Positions 8,703-18,385 of a stretch of DNA of 64,000 nucleotides are shown one piece after another. The stretch is taken from assembly GCA_023245035.1 (NCBI GenBank), contig JAHFLD010000004.1, positions 13,496 to 77,495 on the forward strand, read 5' to 3'. The notes beneath the pieces were generated by a model that ran no database searches, was not told the DNA's origin, and was given only the letters and a program-made list of their open reading frames with translations. The first letter of the stretch is position 1. Each line of letters opens with the position of its first letter. Both the position numbers and the translations under genes were made by a program. The DNA comes from Candidatus Harrisonbacteria bacterium. GTDB lineage: Bacteria > Patescibacteriota > Minisyncoccia > UBA6257 > 1-14-0-10-40-38.

Positions 8703-10352
8703 TTAGACCTCCTCTTCCAATTCCGGGTTTTCCAAAAAACTTACGCGGGTTTTTTCGGCTTCAATGATTTCTTGATTGTTCTTTTTAAGGGCTTCGTCGA
8801 TCGACTTGCGCAGATCGGATAGGTTTACCTCTTTCTTCTCGCGTTTTTCGAGCGGCGGAACTGGCGGCATTTCACGATTATCCGGCCGGCGGTTCATGGG
8901 CGGTGCTGGCATCGGCCGGTTGGCCGGCGGAGGCGAAGGCTGGCGCATCGGCGGGCGGCTATTTGGAGCGCTATTGTTCATTGGCGGACGACTCGGGCTA
9001 TTATTATTAAAAGTACGTTCGGGCGGTTGTTCGGGTCGGCGACTCATTCTTTCGTCCATGGCATTCATATCTTCCATCCATTCGCCGGCGATGTTCTTCT
9101 CTACGACTTGCCGGGGCGTGCCGTATTTAGTCCGCGAGTTTTGAATTATCGTTGCCTTGAAAGTTTTTTCCAAACTTGGAAATGGCGGTAACATTTCGGC
9201 GGAAAATGGCTTGGAAGCCATGCCATCAATCAAAAGTTTGATGTAGGTATTGTATTTTGGCAGATTGACCAAATCATTAGCGGTAAAATCTGGTAAAAAT
9301 TCTTTTTCCAAAAACTCGGCGTCTTCGGCGCCGATGCGGAAGGTAACAATGGTGCCGACGTTGCCGAAGACCGCGTCACGGACCTTGGTGTTGCCGTCGT
9401 GGGTCAACTGGCTGATATATTGATGAGCCAAAATCAGACAAAGGCGGTATTTTCTGGCTTCCGACAAGATGTTGGCAAAAGAGTCGGTGGCGAAGTTTTG
9501 AAATTCGTCCACATATAGATAGAAGTCCTTGCGATCTTTTTCGGGAATATCAACGCGCGACATGGCCGCCAACTGCAGGCGGGTAATAATCATGGAGCCG
9601 AGCAGGGCGGAATTATCCTCCCCCATCTTGCCCTTGGACAAGTTGACGATGAGGATTTTTTTCTCGTCCATAATCTTGCGCATGCTGACCGCCGATTGGG
9701 TTTGTCCCAAGATGTTGCGAATCAAAGGGTTAGAGATAAACTGGCCGATTTTGTTTTGAATGGCGGCGGTGGCTTCGGTTTCAAATTTTTGCGAATAACG
9801 GGAAAACTCGTTTACCCAGAAACTTTTGATGACCGGATCTTGCAGGTTCTCCACAATTCGGCGGCGATATTCCTTGTCGTTTAAAAGACGCATGATGCCA
9901 AGCAGCGTGGAACCCGGATATTCCAACAGCGCGAGCAGGGCGTTGTTTAAAATATATTCCATTCGGGATGACCAGACATCGGGCCAGATTTTTTTGAAAA
10001 CACCCATGATGCTTGACGCGATCAAGTGGCGAAATTCGTTGCCGACCTGTTCAATCGGATTAAAACCAATCGGATGCTCAACATCGGACGGATTGAAATA
10101 GACAACATCATTCAGGCGATGTTCCGGCACGAAATCCAGAACTTTTTCGGCAAACTCGCCGTGGGGATCAACGATGCCGACGCCGTGGCCGGCTTGAATA
10201 TCGCTGTAGACCATATTCTCCAGAATGGTCGTTTTGCCCATGCCGGTCTTGCCAATGATGTACATATGGCGACGACGGTCATCGGCCTTGATGCCGAATC
10301 TTTTGGTCTCGTTGCGAAAATTAACTTTGCCGAAAACGTTGATGTCTTTCAT
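8703..10352 (-). CDS. P-loop ATPase of the TraD/TraG/VirD4 (T4SS coupling-protein / DUF87-like) superfamily with a proline-rich C-terminal tail
   Basis: Walker A motif IGKTGMGKTT, Walker B motif LYVDEFQNF, and a low-complexity P/R/N-rich C-terminus. Confidence 0.55.
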   Translation of the reverse strand: MKDINVFGKVNFRNETKRFGIKADDRRRHMYIIGKTGMGKTTILENMVYSDIQAGHGVGIVDPHGEFAEKVLDFVPEHRLNDVVYFNPSDVEHPIGFNPIEQVGNEFRHLIASSIMGVFKKIWPDVWSSRMEYILNNALLALLEYPGSTLLGIMRLLNDKEYRRRIVENLQDPVIKSFWVNEFSRYSQKFETEATAAIQNKIGQFISNPLIRNILGQTQSAVSMRKIMDEKKILIVNLSKGKMGEDNSALLGSMIITRLQLAAMSRVDIPEKDRKDFYLYVDEFQNFATDSFANILSEARKYRLCLILAHQYISQLTHDGNTKVRDAVFGNVGTIVTFRIGAEDAEFLEKEFLPDFTANDLVNLPKYNTYIKLLIDGMASKPFSAEMLPPFPSLEKTFKATIIQNSRTKYGTPRQVVEKNIAGEWMEDMNAMDERMSRRPEQPPERTFNNNSPSRPPMNNSAPNSRPPMRQPSPPPANRPMPAPPMNRRPDNREMPPVPPLEKREKKEVNLSDLRKSIDEALKKNNQEIIEAEKTRVSFLENPELEEEV

Positions 10353-10408
10353 AGCGCGGACGGTTTAGCCAGAACTTATCATACCATTCCATGATTTTAA
10401 GATATAGC

Positions 10409-11665
10409 TTATTCCAGGGGCAATCCGGCCGGGGGTTCGCCTTTGCGCGAGCTTAGACGGCGAAGCATGGGAGATTTGACCGCGATGGCCGGAAAATGGA
10501 AGATCGTGGCCAACTCTTCAACATTCAGCACTGAATTTTTTCGGCCCATCATTCGATAGCGGTAGGCTTTGAAAATTTTTCGTTTTTTAGCTTCGGCTTT
10601 TTGATCCTTGAATGGAAACTTGCCCTTGGTCATCGTGTCCAAATCCGGGCGGAAAAAGTTCATATCGCGCGTGTCAAATTGCCGAAAGGCGCCGAGTACC
10701 GCCGAAATGTGGCCACGAGTGAAACTTTCCCGGCGATCTATATAGATAAAACGAATGCGGGCATCAAAGGCAATTTTAGCCATCTTTTTTTCAATATTTT
10801 CGATGATATCTTTTTCACCGGGACTTTTACCGGCCATTAGGTTTTCGTTGGCAGGCTTGTCTTCTTTTTTACCCCATTCAATTTCGGCGAATGGTCCTTT
10901 GAAAAAATTGCCGATGAGTTCTTTGGCATCGTCGGTGGCTTTGGCTTTTTTGGGTTTCTTGCGCCCGATAAGCTTGTCGCGAGTTTCTTCGGCTTGCTTC
11001 TTCCAGTCATCGCCGGTAGGGCGAATCAAAAATTGTAACAAAATCATCTCGCCTTCTTTGAGACGAGACATAACCTCGGCGATGCCGGCCATCGGATCGA
11101 GCAGGGCCTCGTCTTTTTTTTCTTCAAAAGCCGGATAGGTGCGAATCGGATAACCATCGTCACGACCTAGGATTAGGTCGGTGCCCCAGAGATCATAAGT
11201 TTTGTTGGGAATAATTCCAGGCAGATTGCTTAGATAGTCATCCACTTCGGCAATTTCGGCGTCGGGATATTGGGAGTAGATGGCGGACTCAACTAGACTG
11301 CGGTGATTTTCCGAAGTGCGGATATAAAAATAAATTCCACCGGCAATACCAACCATTTCGATGGAATACCACTCCTGAACTTTGCCTTTTAAGTTCTTTT
11401 CAAACCATTTGATATTAAAAACGTAGCTGGCGTGGAGGGCAGCAAAGACCTGCTCCATGGCTTTGGGGGTTTTTTCGATAACCTGTGGAATACGGATCTC
11501 AAGCGTGACCCATTTCATCTTCTTGAGAGCTTCGATGAGAATGTAGTAACGAAGGCGCTCCCAGAAGACGCTACCCACAATGATGGGTATGATAATCCAC
11601 CAGCTTACACTAAAAGCTTGGCTGACTGCCTGCCAGATTCCGCCAAGGATTTCATCGAGCATCAT
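10409..11665 (-). CDS. Hypothetical membrane protein, partner of the upstream ATPase
   Basis: N-terminal TM helices (WWIIIPIIVGSVFW). The rest is a charged soluble domain with no recognisable catalytic motif. Confidence 0.5.
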   Translation of the reverse strand: MMLDEILGGIWQAVSQAFSVSWWIIIPIIVGSVFWERLRYYILIEALKKMKWVTLEIRIPQVIEKTPKAMEQVFAALHASYVFNIKWFEKNLKGKVQEWYSIEMVGIAGGIYFYIRTSENHRSLVESAIYSQYPDAEIAEVDDYLSNLPGIIPNKTYDLWGTDLILGRDDGYPIRTYPAFEEKKDEALLDPMAGIAEVMSRLKEGEMILLQFLIRPTGDDWKKQAEETRDKLIGRKKPKKAKATDDAKELIGNFFKGPFAEIEWGKKEDKPANENLMAGKSPGEKDIIENIEKKMAKIAFDARIRFIYIDRRESFTRGHISAVLGAFRQFDTRDMNFFRPDLDTMTKGKFPFKDQKAEAKKRKIFKAYRYRMMGRKNSVLNVEELATIFHFPAIAVKSPMLRRLSSRKGEPPAGLPLE

Positions 11666-11775
11666 AACGCTCTAGAGTATGTTGGGAAAATACTTATTCT
11701 GCAAGCGCAGAGATCTATTAAGTTGTGAACAACTTAGTTGTTCAGGGGATTCTAAGTACACCTCAAACCAAAGTA

Positions 11776-12807
11776 TTAGACTTCGCGGATGTCGTAGGTT
11801 CCGTTGCCGATGTTCTTGAAATACTTCTTATTCTGCAGATTGATCATAATCGTTCCCTCTTTGAAGAAACGTTTTTGGAGTACGAACTTGACCACATCGG
11901 CGGAGCGCAAGGGGCCTTTTTCTTTAATGAAGTGGGCGATGACTTCGCGGGCGGTGCCGGGAAGAATGCCAAATTCCTGCAAGCCGTACATGCCACGGCC
12001 GACGAGGACAAATCGCGAATCTTTAATCAGCTCATTATGCACGGTCTGGACGTTGGCGATTTTATTTTTGCGATAGGCGTTGATGTGAGCGACAATATCG
12101 GTGAAGTGGAGCGGTTTGCTTTCTTTTTTAACTACGATGTAGGCCCACTGCCGAGCGGTCTTGGGGTTGATTTCCGGCCACTCCGCGAGACCAAAATCGC
12201 CAAAGGGGCTGGTCATAAACTTGCGGGAGATACCCATATAGATTTTGCCCACCGGTTCGCTGATTTTGGAGGCTTTAACGGCCTCGGCGAAAACACCGTC
12301 GTAACTCGCGCCACGCAACATGGCATCTTTGGAAGAGCGCACGACCTTAACCAATTGACCGACAAAATTCTCGGCCTTCTTTTTTGATTCCTCGTTCAAA
12401 TACCAAAAAGGATGATAATCGTCATCGCCGCGATGCGCCATTACTTTTCCGGAAAGTTCCATGATAAAACGAACCGCGTTGCCGGATTTGGCATCGGACA
12501 TCGCTTTCGGCGTGGCTTTAACCAATTCGGCGACAAGCGCGCCATCGTTAACCACCCCGCCCATTTCTTTAATAAATCGCGCGGCTTTTTCCGCCAGCGC
12601 CGAGGCGCCGGATTCGGCCATCTTTTTGCTGGACTGATTAAGGGCAAAAGCCTCAATCTGCCGCACTCGTTCGCGGGTAATGTTATATTTTTCCCCAAGT
12701 TCGGCGAGGGTCAAGCTGGCGTTGCCATCAAGACCGAATCGACCGGTCAGGATGTCTTTGGCGCGCGCGTCGAGTCCTTGAAGGAGAGTTTTTACTATTT
12801 TTTCCAT
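11776..12807 (-). CDS. Sigma-70 region-4-like HTH domain protein of unknown function
   Basis: N-terminus LDARAKDILTGRFGLDGNASLTLAELGEKYNITRERVRQIEAFAL is a classic sigma region 4 HTH. The remainder is uncharacterised. Confidence 0.5.
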   Translation of the reverse strand: MEKIVKTLLQGLDARAKDILTGRFGLDGNASLTLAELGEKYNITRERVRQIEAFALNQSSKKMAESGASALAEKAARFIKEMGGVVNDGALVAELVKATPKAMSDAKSGNAVRFIMELSGKVMAHRGDDDYHPFWYLNEESKKKAENFVGQLVKVVRSSKDAMLRGASYDGVFAEAVKASKISEPVGKIYMGISRKFMTSPFGDFGLAEWPEINPKTARQWAYIVVKKESKPLHFTDIVAHINAYRKNKIANVQTVHNELIKDSRFVLVGRGMYGLQEFGILPGTAREVIAHFIKEKGPLRSADVVKFVLQKRFFKEGTIMINLQNKKYFKNIGNGTYDIREV

Positions 12808-12912
12808 ATTCGCGTTTTTGACCTTATTTTTTAATTAAAATCACTTTACCACAATGTAATCTATAGCGCAATACCCTGTCAAGCCCTTAAGGCAAGGCCG
12901 TGCCATTTTGAC

Positions 12913-13818
12913 TTAGACCCTCTCTTCTTGGCCGCGCCACAGAGTTAACAAGGGGCTGGCGATAAAAATAGAAGAGTAGGTGCCAATTATGGTTCCGATT
13001 AGAATGGTAAGAGTGAAATAAGTCAGCGCCGAAGAGCTAAAGGCCAGAACGGCAAGCAAAACGAGCACGAGCGTGAGCGAGGTATTGATTGAGCGAGCTA
13101 AGGTTTGGTTGACGCTTTCGTTGACTAGCAAACTAAAATCTTTTTTACGCGAGTCTACTGCTTTTAGATTTTCGCGAACACGATCAAAGACGACGATGGT
13201 GTCGTGAACCGAGAAGCCCATGACGACCAAGACCGCCACCATAAAGTTGACGTCAATATCGATGCCGATGTAGTGGCCGAGGACGGCAAAAAGACCGACG
13301 GGAATAATGGCGTCATGAAAAAGAGTGATAAGCGTAATGGCGCCGTACTTCCAGGATTTGACCGGGTACGAGGACTTGCGGAAGGCAAAGGCGATGTAGG
13401 TTGAGATGGCAAAGAGAACCAGCAAAAAGGCGGTGATGGACTTCTGCCCGAGCTCTTTGCCGATAGAGGCGCCGATGGCCTGAAAAGAAAGCTCTTGAAC
13501 CGGACCAAACTCTTTGACCAGAAGTTTTAGATCTTCCTGTCGATCTTTTTCGGAAATCTCCTCCGTTCGGATTAAGAAAGTTTTGCCTTCTTGTTGCGGG
13601 ATTACGGTTACGTTTTCTTTTTTGATTTGGGTCTTGAAAAAAGCTCCCAAAGTGTCTTTGGTGGCGGCATTTTGAGTAAACGACAACTGCCACAAGGTTC
13701 CGCCCTTAAACTCAATTCCGAAGCGAAAACCGAAAACAAGCATGGCGACGACACTCAAGGCCACCAAGGTTCCCGAGATTGATAAAAATATTTTTCTGTG
13801 ACCGATGATGTTTTTCAT
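12913..13818 (-). CDS. secF: Protein translocase subunit SecF
   Basis: LSISGTLVALSVVAMLVFGFRFGIEFKGGT and an overall SecF topology. Confidence 0.9.
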   Translation of the reverse strand: MKNIIGHRKIFLSISGTLVALSVVAMLVFGFRFGIEFKGGTLWQLSFTQNAATKDTLGAFFKTQIKKENVTVIPQQEGKTFLIRTEEISEKDRQEDLKLLVKEFGPVQELSFQAIGASIGKELGQKSITAFLLVLFAISTYIAFAFRKSSYPVKSWKYGAITLITLFHDAIIPVGLFAVLGHYIGIDIDVNFMVAVLVVMGFSVHDTIVVFDRVRENLKAVDSRKKDFSLLVNESVNQTLARSINTSLTLVLVLLAVLAFSSSALTYFTLTILIGTIIGTYSSIFIASPLLTLWRGQEERV

Positions 13819-13851
13819 ATGGTTACGAATATACGAATTAGACTGATGTTG

Positions 13852-15105
13852 CTATTTTTTAACGAAAACGCGGAGCAGGGTTTTGGTAACCGTAATCGCG
13901 CTGAACATGCTAACTAAGACGCCAAGCAACATGGCCAGGGCAAATCCTTTAATAAAACCGGTGGTGAAGTAGTAAAGAATAACCGAGGTGATGATGGTCG
14001 TGATATTGGAGTCGCGAATTGACGGCCAGGCGCGTTTAAAGCCCTCGCCGATAGAGGTCACACGATCCAATCCCCGATTCCGCTCCTCTCGACTTCGCTC
14101 GAAAATCAAGATGTTGGCATCAACCGCCATGCCGATAGACAAGACAATGCCGGCGATTCCGGCCAAGGTCATAGTGATGCCGAAGACCTTGAAAACAAAC
14201 AAGCTGAAGGCGATGTAGATCACGAGCGCGAGGGCGGCGTACCAGCCGAGAGTTCGATAGTAGACCACCATAAAAAGCATCACGAGCAGGGTGCCGATGA
14301 TGCCGGCAAAAATAATCCGATTGAGCGAATCAATGCCAAGACTGGCGCCAATAGTTTGCTGGCTGACCAAGTTAATCGGGGCCGGCAAGGCGCCGGCGTT
14401 GAATCTGGAGACAAGCTCCCGAGCTTCTTTGATGGTGAAGCGTCCGGTAATCTGCGCTCGGCCGCCGGTGATTTTTTGTTGAACTACCGGAGCGGTGATG
14501 AGCGTGTTATCCAAAAAAACGGCAATCGGACGGCCAACATTTTTTCCGGTAAGTGTTTCAAAAATTTGGGCTCCTTCTTTATCAAATTCAAGCGTGACTT
14601 GCGGTTCGCCGGTCACATTGCTCAAAGCCAGCTGGGCCCCGCGAACATAACGTCCGGTAAGCTGGGTTGGAATAAAACGCGGTTCGGCGCTTGGCGTCGT
14701 GGTGCCAACGGTGGAGGTGGCGACTTGTTCCACTTCGGCAAAAAGCAAAAAGGGCGTGCTGCCGATCTCCTTAATCGCGTCGCCGACGTTTTTGATTCCG
14801 GCGAGCTCAACGATTAAGCGATAACTACCGCCCTCTTTGGCGGTGACGACTTGCGGCTCGCTGACGCCATAGAGGTTGACCCGGCGTTCAATAACGCTGC
14901 GCAAGCCCGTAAGTACCGAGTCGCGATCGTTAGCGGCGACCGAACGCATATCAATTTCGTAAACCAGATGCGCGCCGCCTACGAGGTCCAAACCGAGGCG
15001 CCAGGGCAAGAGGCGCGCGCCAAATCCACGCGGCAAGACGAACAGGATCGCGAGTATGGCGGCGGCAAGGACGGCAATTAGCAAACCGATTGGTTTCTTA
15101 GTCAT
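13852..15105 (-). CDS. secD: Protein translocase subunit SecD
   Basis: LGLDLVGGAHLVYEIDM and a SecD periplasmic domain. The ORF-track start at 15252 adds a non-protein-like R/H/S-rich extension, so the start is probably MTKKPIGLL at 15105. Confidence 0.85.
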   Translation of the reverse strand: MTKKPIGLLIAVLAAAILAILFVLPRGFGARLLPWRLGLDLVGGAHLVYEIDMRSVAANDRDSVLTGLRSVIERRVNLYGVSEPQVVTAKEGGSYRLIVELAGIKNVGDAIKEIGSTPFLLFAEVEQVATSTVGTTTPSAEPRFIPTQLTGRYVRGAQLALSNVTGEPQVTLEFDKEGAQIFETLTGKNVGRPIAVFLDNTLITAPVVQQKITGGRAQITGRFTIKEARELVSRFNAGALPAPINLVSQQTIGASLGIDSLNRIIFAGIIGTLLVMLFMVVYYRTLGWYAALALVIYIAFSLFVFKVFGITMTLAGIAGIVLSIGMAVDANILIFERSREERNRGLDRVTSIGEGFKRAWPSIRDSNITTIITSVILYYFTTGFIKGFALAMLLGVLVSMFSAITVTKTLLRVFVKK

Positions 15106-15194
15106 GGCAATTTTCGGATTTTCTTCTGACACCCACTTTAGCGGGCTTTGATTAGCTTGGCAACACTTGTGGGTTGCCGATTCCGGATGTATGA

Positions 15195-15368
15195 TATTCG
15201 GGTGACTCCGAGAGCGCTCCCTGTCATCCAATCGGTGAGCCTTGTTGGGCAAGGCTTCGCCGGGGTCCCCTTGGAAGACATGAAGGTTTAAGAGAGTGAC
15301 GAAGGTCTAGCGGCATAGGTGCATCCAGACTTTCTTCAACCCCGACGCGCTCTCGGGGTCTTTTTTTA
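15195..15368. ncRNA. Candidate structured RNA element (an independent + strand sRNA or a secD leader)
   Basis: 5' segment CCGAGAGCGC pairs with 3' segment GCGCTCTCGG to close a ~170-nt domain. This is followed by a T-run on the + strand. No ORF covers the region. Confidence 0.25.
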
Positions 15369-15445
15369 TGAACTACGAACCCGCCTTCGCTCTACGAGCT
15401 ACGGGCGGGCAAGTATACGAATGGGGTAAAAGATACGGATTACGA
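15355..15445. repeat. Dispersed intergenic repeat, copy A (AACTACGAACCCGCCTTCGCT ... TACGGGCGGGCAAGTATACGAATGGGTA)
   Basis: Shares a 24-nt head with the copy at 42399 and CGGGCGGGCAAGT/TATACGAATGGGTA blocks with the copy at 57660-57840. It begins right after a hairpin plus T-run. Confidence 0.6.
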
Positions 15446-15563
15446 GGTACTGCCAGCTCATCGCCCGCGCCTCGAACTGCCTGCCCGAACGATTACGTTC
15501 AGTCGGGCGGGCATCCGAAGCCTTATGTCCCATCCGATACAATTGTCTAAAAATATTTTTTCT

Positions 15564-16085
15564 TTATTTGCAATCAACAACCGAGCGAGTTGTTTCAAAG
15601 ACGATTTTTTGGTCAGTCTTGGGAATCTTGATGAGAACGTAGGGCGTGGTCAGAACTTGTTCGGTAACGCAATTCGGACCAGGGGAATTTTCGCTGATAT
15701 GCACTGTGAGCGATTTTCCAGGCTGGCGCAGACCGCTTAGATACGCGCCAAAGCCGTAACCGCCATTTGGTTTTTGGCCGGCAAAAACGGCAACAACACT
15801 TTCCTTGGTAAAATCAATCGCTGGCATATAGTCGCCAACAAAAACATGCGGGGCTATTTCGGAAAAGACCCTTAGCCACTCGGCTTCGGTGGTGATGACC
15901 AGATTTTTGGCCTCACCAACACCGGAACGCGGACCTTGCCGGATCATCTGACCCTCCTCGGTTCCCGGCGGAAGTCCGGGGTAAATCGGGGCTTTGGTGA
16001 TCTTGGTTTTGAGGAGCCAAAAAAGACCCCCAACCACAACGAGGAAAATAACCAGCAATAGAGCCTTGTTCCGCGGTGTATTCAT
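15564..16085 (-). CDS. Hypothetical secreted/membrane-anchored protein (possible PrcB_C-like domain)
   Basis: N-terminal signal/TM (ALLLVIFLVVVGGLFWLL). The VAVFAGQKPNGGYGFGAY segment is reminiscent of the PrcB C-terminal domain. This is a weak call. Confidence 0.4.
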   Translation of the reverse strand: MNTPRNKALLLVIFLVVVGGLFWLLKTKITKAPIYPGLPPGTEEGQMIRQGPRSGVGEAKNLVITTEAEWLRVFSEIAPHVFVGDYMPAIDFTKESVVAVFAGQKPNGGYGFGAYLSGLRQPGKSLTVHISENSPGPNCVTEQVLTTPYVLIKIPKTDQKIVFETTRSVVDCK

Positions 16086-16201
16086 TTTTTGATTATGGCA
16101 TAACGCGTAATTCGGTCAAGTTTGACAGGTAGCGATTGACAACGCGGTCTTTTTTCTTATTATTGATTCCAGTTCTTTGTCCTGTTCAATAAGGAGTCTC
16201 C

Positions 16202-16771
16202 ATGGCAAGCGATGGCATCACGCAAGGGAATGAGATGGTGACACCGAAAAGAACGAAGAAGATTCAGTTAAAATCCTGCAAAAAGCAGGCGCGGGATTTC
16301 GCGCTCGCCTCCGGACATTTGATGCAGACGAATTGCGAGGCCGAAAACTATCGGCTGGAAGTTTATGATCCGGAACTGTTGGCGCAGGTTAACTTTTCTT
16401 TGCAGACTTTTCTGGTGCACGGCTGTGACGCAATGCCACTTGATCGCTTTCGCGTTTCGTTTACCTTAGTGCGTGATTTGATGTGGGAGCACCAGCGCAG
16501 ACCGGAGCAGGTAACGCTCGTGGCCGAATTCGCCGAAGTGAAGACTATGAGGGATTACTTCGCGTCACCGGATGTGATCCATGGACTAGCGGTGCTGGCT
16601 TTTCCGAATTCCTATCTGTCGCAACAGGTTCTTTTGGGCAGGCTCGGCGAGCTGATTTATTTCACGCTCAACCATACGAATGAGCTAAACGGCATAGTAC
16701 AGAGCGACGAAGATCGGCGACGGGCGCTTATGGAACAGCAAACTCCCTCCAAGAGAGACGCGCCTGGTTAG
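16202..16771 (+). CDS. Hypothetical protein
   Basis: 189-aa ORF with a consensus-like promoter upstream (TTGACA-16-TATTAT at ~16148-16176) and a bidirectional terminator downstream. Confidence 0.5.
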   Translation: MASDGITQGNEMVTPKRTKKIQLKSCKKQARDFALASGHLMQTNCEAENYRLEVYDPELLAQVNFSLQTFLVHGCDAMPLDRFRVSFTLVRDLMWEHQRRPEQVTLVAEFAEVKTMRDYFASPDVIHGLAVLAFPNSYLSQQVLLGRLGELIYFTLNHTNELNGIVQSDEDRRRALMEQQTPSKRDAPG

Positions 16772-16779
16772 ATGAATAA

Positions 16780-16816
16780 TAAAAACGACCCTTTTACCAA
16801 GGGTCGTATTTTTTTG
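16780..16816. terminator. Bidirectional intrinsic terminator between convergent genes
   Basis: A-run, then stem ACGACCCTT, loop TTACC, stem AAGGGTCGT, then a T-run. Confidence 0.6.
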
Positions 16817-17404
16817 CTAGGCGAGTTGACCGCTCACATCCGCGAAAGATGTGGCCGGCTTGTCGTCGTCTGATACTTCGCAGAAGTTCGGCCTAAAAAT
16901 CAGTTGGGCGACAAGTTCGTTGTTGTGGAGCAGTGGGATCGAGAAGCGACCTTCACCGAAAATCGCGGCTTCGTAGCGGCGAATGTCTTCGGTCGTTCCG
17001 CGAATAATACAAAGTCGCTTGGAGCAAGCAATCGGGCCTTGGCCAGAGCCGTTGATTTGCGATGGGACGCCGTGATAGACCTCCAGTACTTCACCGTTTC
17101 CGGATCGCAGACCGATAACTTCCCCGCCGTAGATTCCGTGCCAATTGCCAAAAATCTCTTCGCCGTTCCGCTTGTCGTCCATGGTGTTGTTGCGACGCCA
17201 AATTTCGAGCGTCTCGGAGCACATAGCGAGTCGTTCTTCTTCGGTGGACTCTCCACGAAGCGCGTTGTTGAGATCCATGATTGGCAGAAATTCAAAATTC
17301 AAGCTGGAGTTGACCGGCAGTTCAAACCAAATACTGGTCGAGATTCGCGGTTCTTTTTCCGGAGCATTCTTGTAGCGAGCGATCTGCTCTTTGAGACTCG
17401 TCAT
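16817..17404 (-). CDS. Hypothetical protein
   Basis: 195-aa ORF convergent with the 16202 gene. No recognisable domain. Confidence 0.5.
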   Translation of the reverse strand: MTSLKEQIARYKNAPEKEPRISTSIWFELPVNSSLNFEFLPIMDLNNALRGESTEEERLAMCSETLEIWRRNNTMDDKRNGEEIFGNWHGIYGGEVIGLRSGNGEVLEVYHGVPSQINGSGQGPIACSKRLCIIRGTTEDIRRYEAAIFGEGRFSIPLLHNNELVAQLIFRPNFCEVSDDDKPATSFADVSGQLA

Positions 17405-17649
17405 TGGCTTGCGACTCCATTGTTAAGGTGCTTATGGTTGCTAACACCGCACACCACCTCATAACTAGTTTTTGCCGGTGTTTGGTTACCGCGGAATTAT
17501 GCCGGACAAAGATGATTTCTCCGCCAGCCACTAGTGCTTTTTAACTTCCCCTTGAAACCAGGTCATTTAAATAGTAAGATGGCAAGATATTTTTTGATAG
17601 AGATTGCGTTTGTTTAAAAGCCAAAAACAAAGCACAATAAATATATTCC

Positions 17650-17720
17650 GCTCCCATAGCTTAGTGGTAAAGCAGCTGCCTTTTAAGCAGTTGACCTTGG
17701 TCCGATTCCAAGTGGGAGCA
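17650..17720 (+). tRNA. tRNA-Lys (anticodon TTT)
   Basis: Hand-folded cloverleaf: acceptor GCTCCCA/TGGGAGC, D-arm GCTT..AAGC, anticodon loop CTTTTAA, T-arm CTTGG-TCCGATT-CCAAG, discriminator A. CCA is not encoded. Confidence 0.85.
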
Positions 17721-17744
17721 CTGAATTTGTTTCCATGATTTTAG

Positions 17745-17773
17745 TTGACATCTTTTTGGGGTTTGATTATAGT
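17745..17773 (+). promoter_or_regulatory. Near-consensus sigma70 promoter TTGACA-17-TATAGT
   Basis: TTGACA at 17745-17750, a 17-nt spacer, and TATAGT at 17768-17773. Confidence 0.55.
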
Positions 17774-17779
17774 CTTTTT

Positions 17780-17977
17780 ACTTACTGACAACTCGCATGA
17801 ATCGGGGTCGCTTGGCGAGGGAAAGAAAAACCAGTAAGGACTCGCTCCTTGAAAACTTTTATACCAGCCTCGGGGCGACTGCAGCGCGGCCGAGGAAACG
17901 GGTAATTGGAAACCTGGTTGCGGGTTAGATTTGTCATCCCACTCCCGTTAGTCTTCGGACTGGCGGGAGTTTTTTTA
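17780..17977 (+). ncRNA. Candidate small RNA of ~200 nt (6S-like or other sRNA), with its own promoter and terminator
   Basis: No ORF. It is bounded by the promoter above and the hairpin CTCCCG...CGGGAG plus T8 at 17942-17977. Internal helices include CCTCGG...CCGAGG. Confidence 0.4.
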
Positions 17978-18055
17978 TTTATTGAAATTTTTTTGATTTT
18001 GGATTATGCTCTGCCTTAGTTCTTGGTTTTTCTAGCAATCAAAAGGAGCGCGCCT

Positions 18056-18346
18056 ATGTTTGACTGGCTGGCCGGAATTTTTTCGGAGGCGCCGAAAAAG
18101 GAAGATAAGAAGAGGGTGCACTTGGTGATGTACTTGACCCCAGAGATTAAAGATCGAATCTTGCGGATACAGAAAGAAAGTGGCGCGAAGGATGTAGCGG
18201 TGTTGTTGCGTTGGGTATTCGCAGTTTATGAGGAGTTGCTTGAAATCGAGAGGAACAACGGCATTGTGATTGTTGAAGATGCCGACGGACAGAAGAAGCG
18301 CCTGCTTATTCGCCCAAAAAAAACAGCAGGAACCCCAGCCACTTAG
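18056..18346 (+). CDS. Hypothetical small protein
   Basis: An AAAGGAG RBS sits 8 nt upstream of the ATG at 18056. It is preceded by TTGAAA-17-TATGCT. Confidence 0.4.
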   Translation: MFDWLAGIFSEAPKKEDKKRVHLVMYLTPEIKDRILRIQKESGAKDVAVLLRWVFAVYEELLEIERNNGIVIVEDADGQKKRLLIRPKKTAGTPAT

Positions 18347-18385
18347 ACTTAGCCGAACCCCGCAAAACCGCGGGGTATTTTTTTG

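Noticed and set aside
8776-10394. Several + strand ORFs (122 aa, 91 aa, 122 aa) inside the TraD-like ATPase gene
   Set aside because: They are shadow ORFs with G/R/L-rich low-complexity translations lying entirely within a well-supported minus-strand gene.
15106-15252. N-terminal 49-aa extension of secD given by the ORF track
   Set aside because: The extension (MPNKAHRLDDRERSRSHPNIIHPESATHKCCQANQSPLKW...) is not protein-like. It overlaps the structured element and repeat region. MTKKPIGLL immediately precedes the signal-anchor and is the likelier start.
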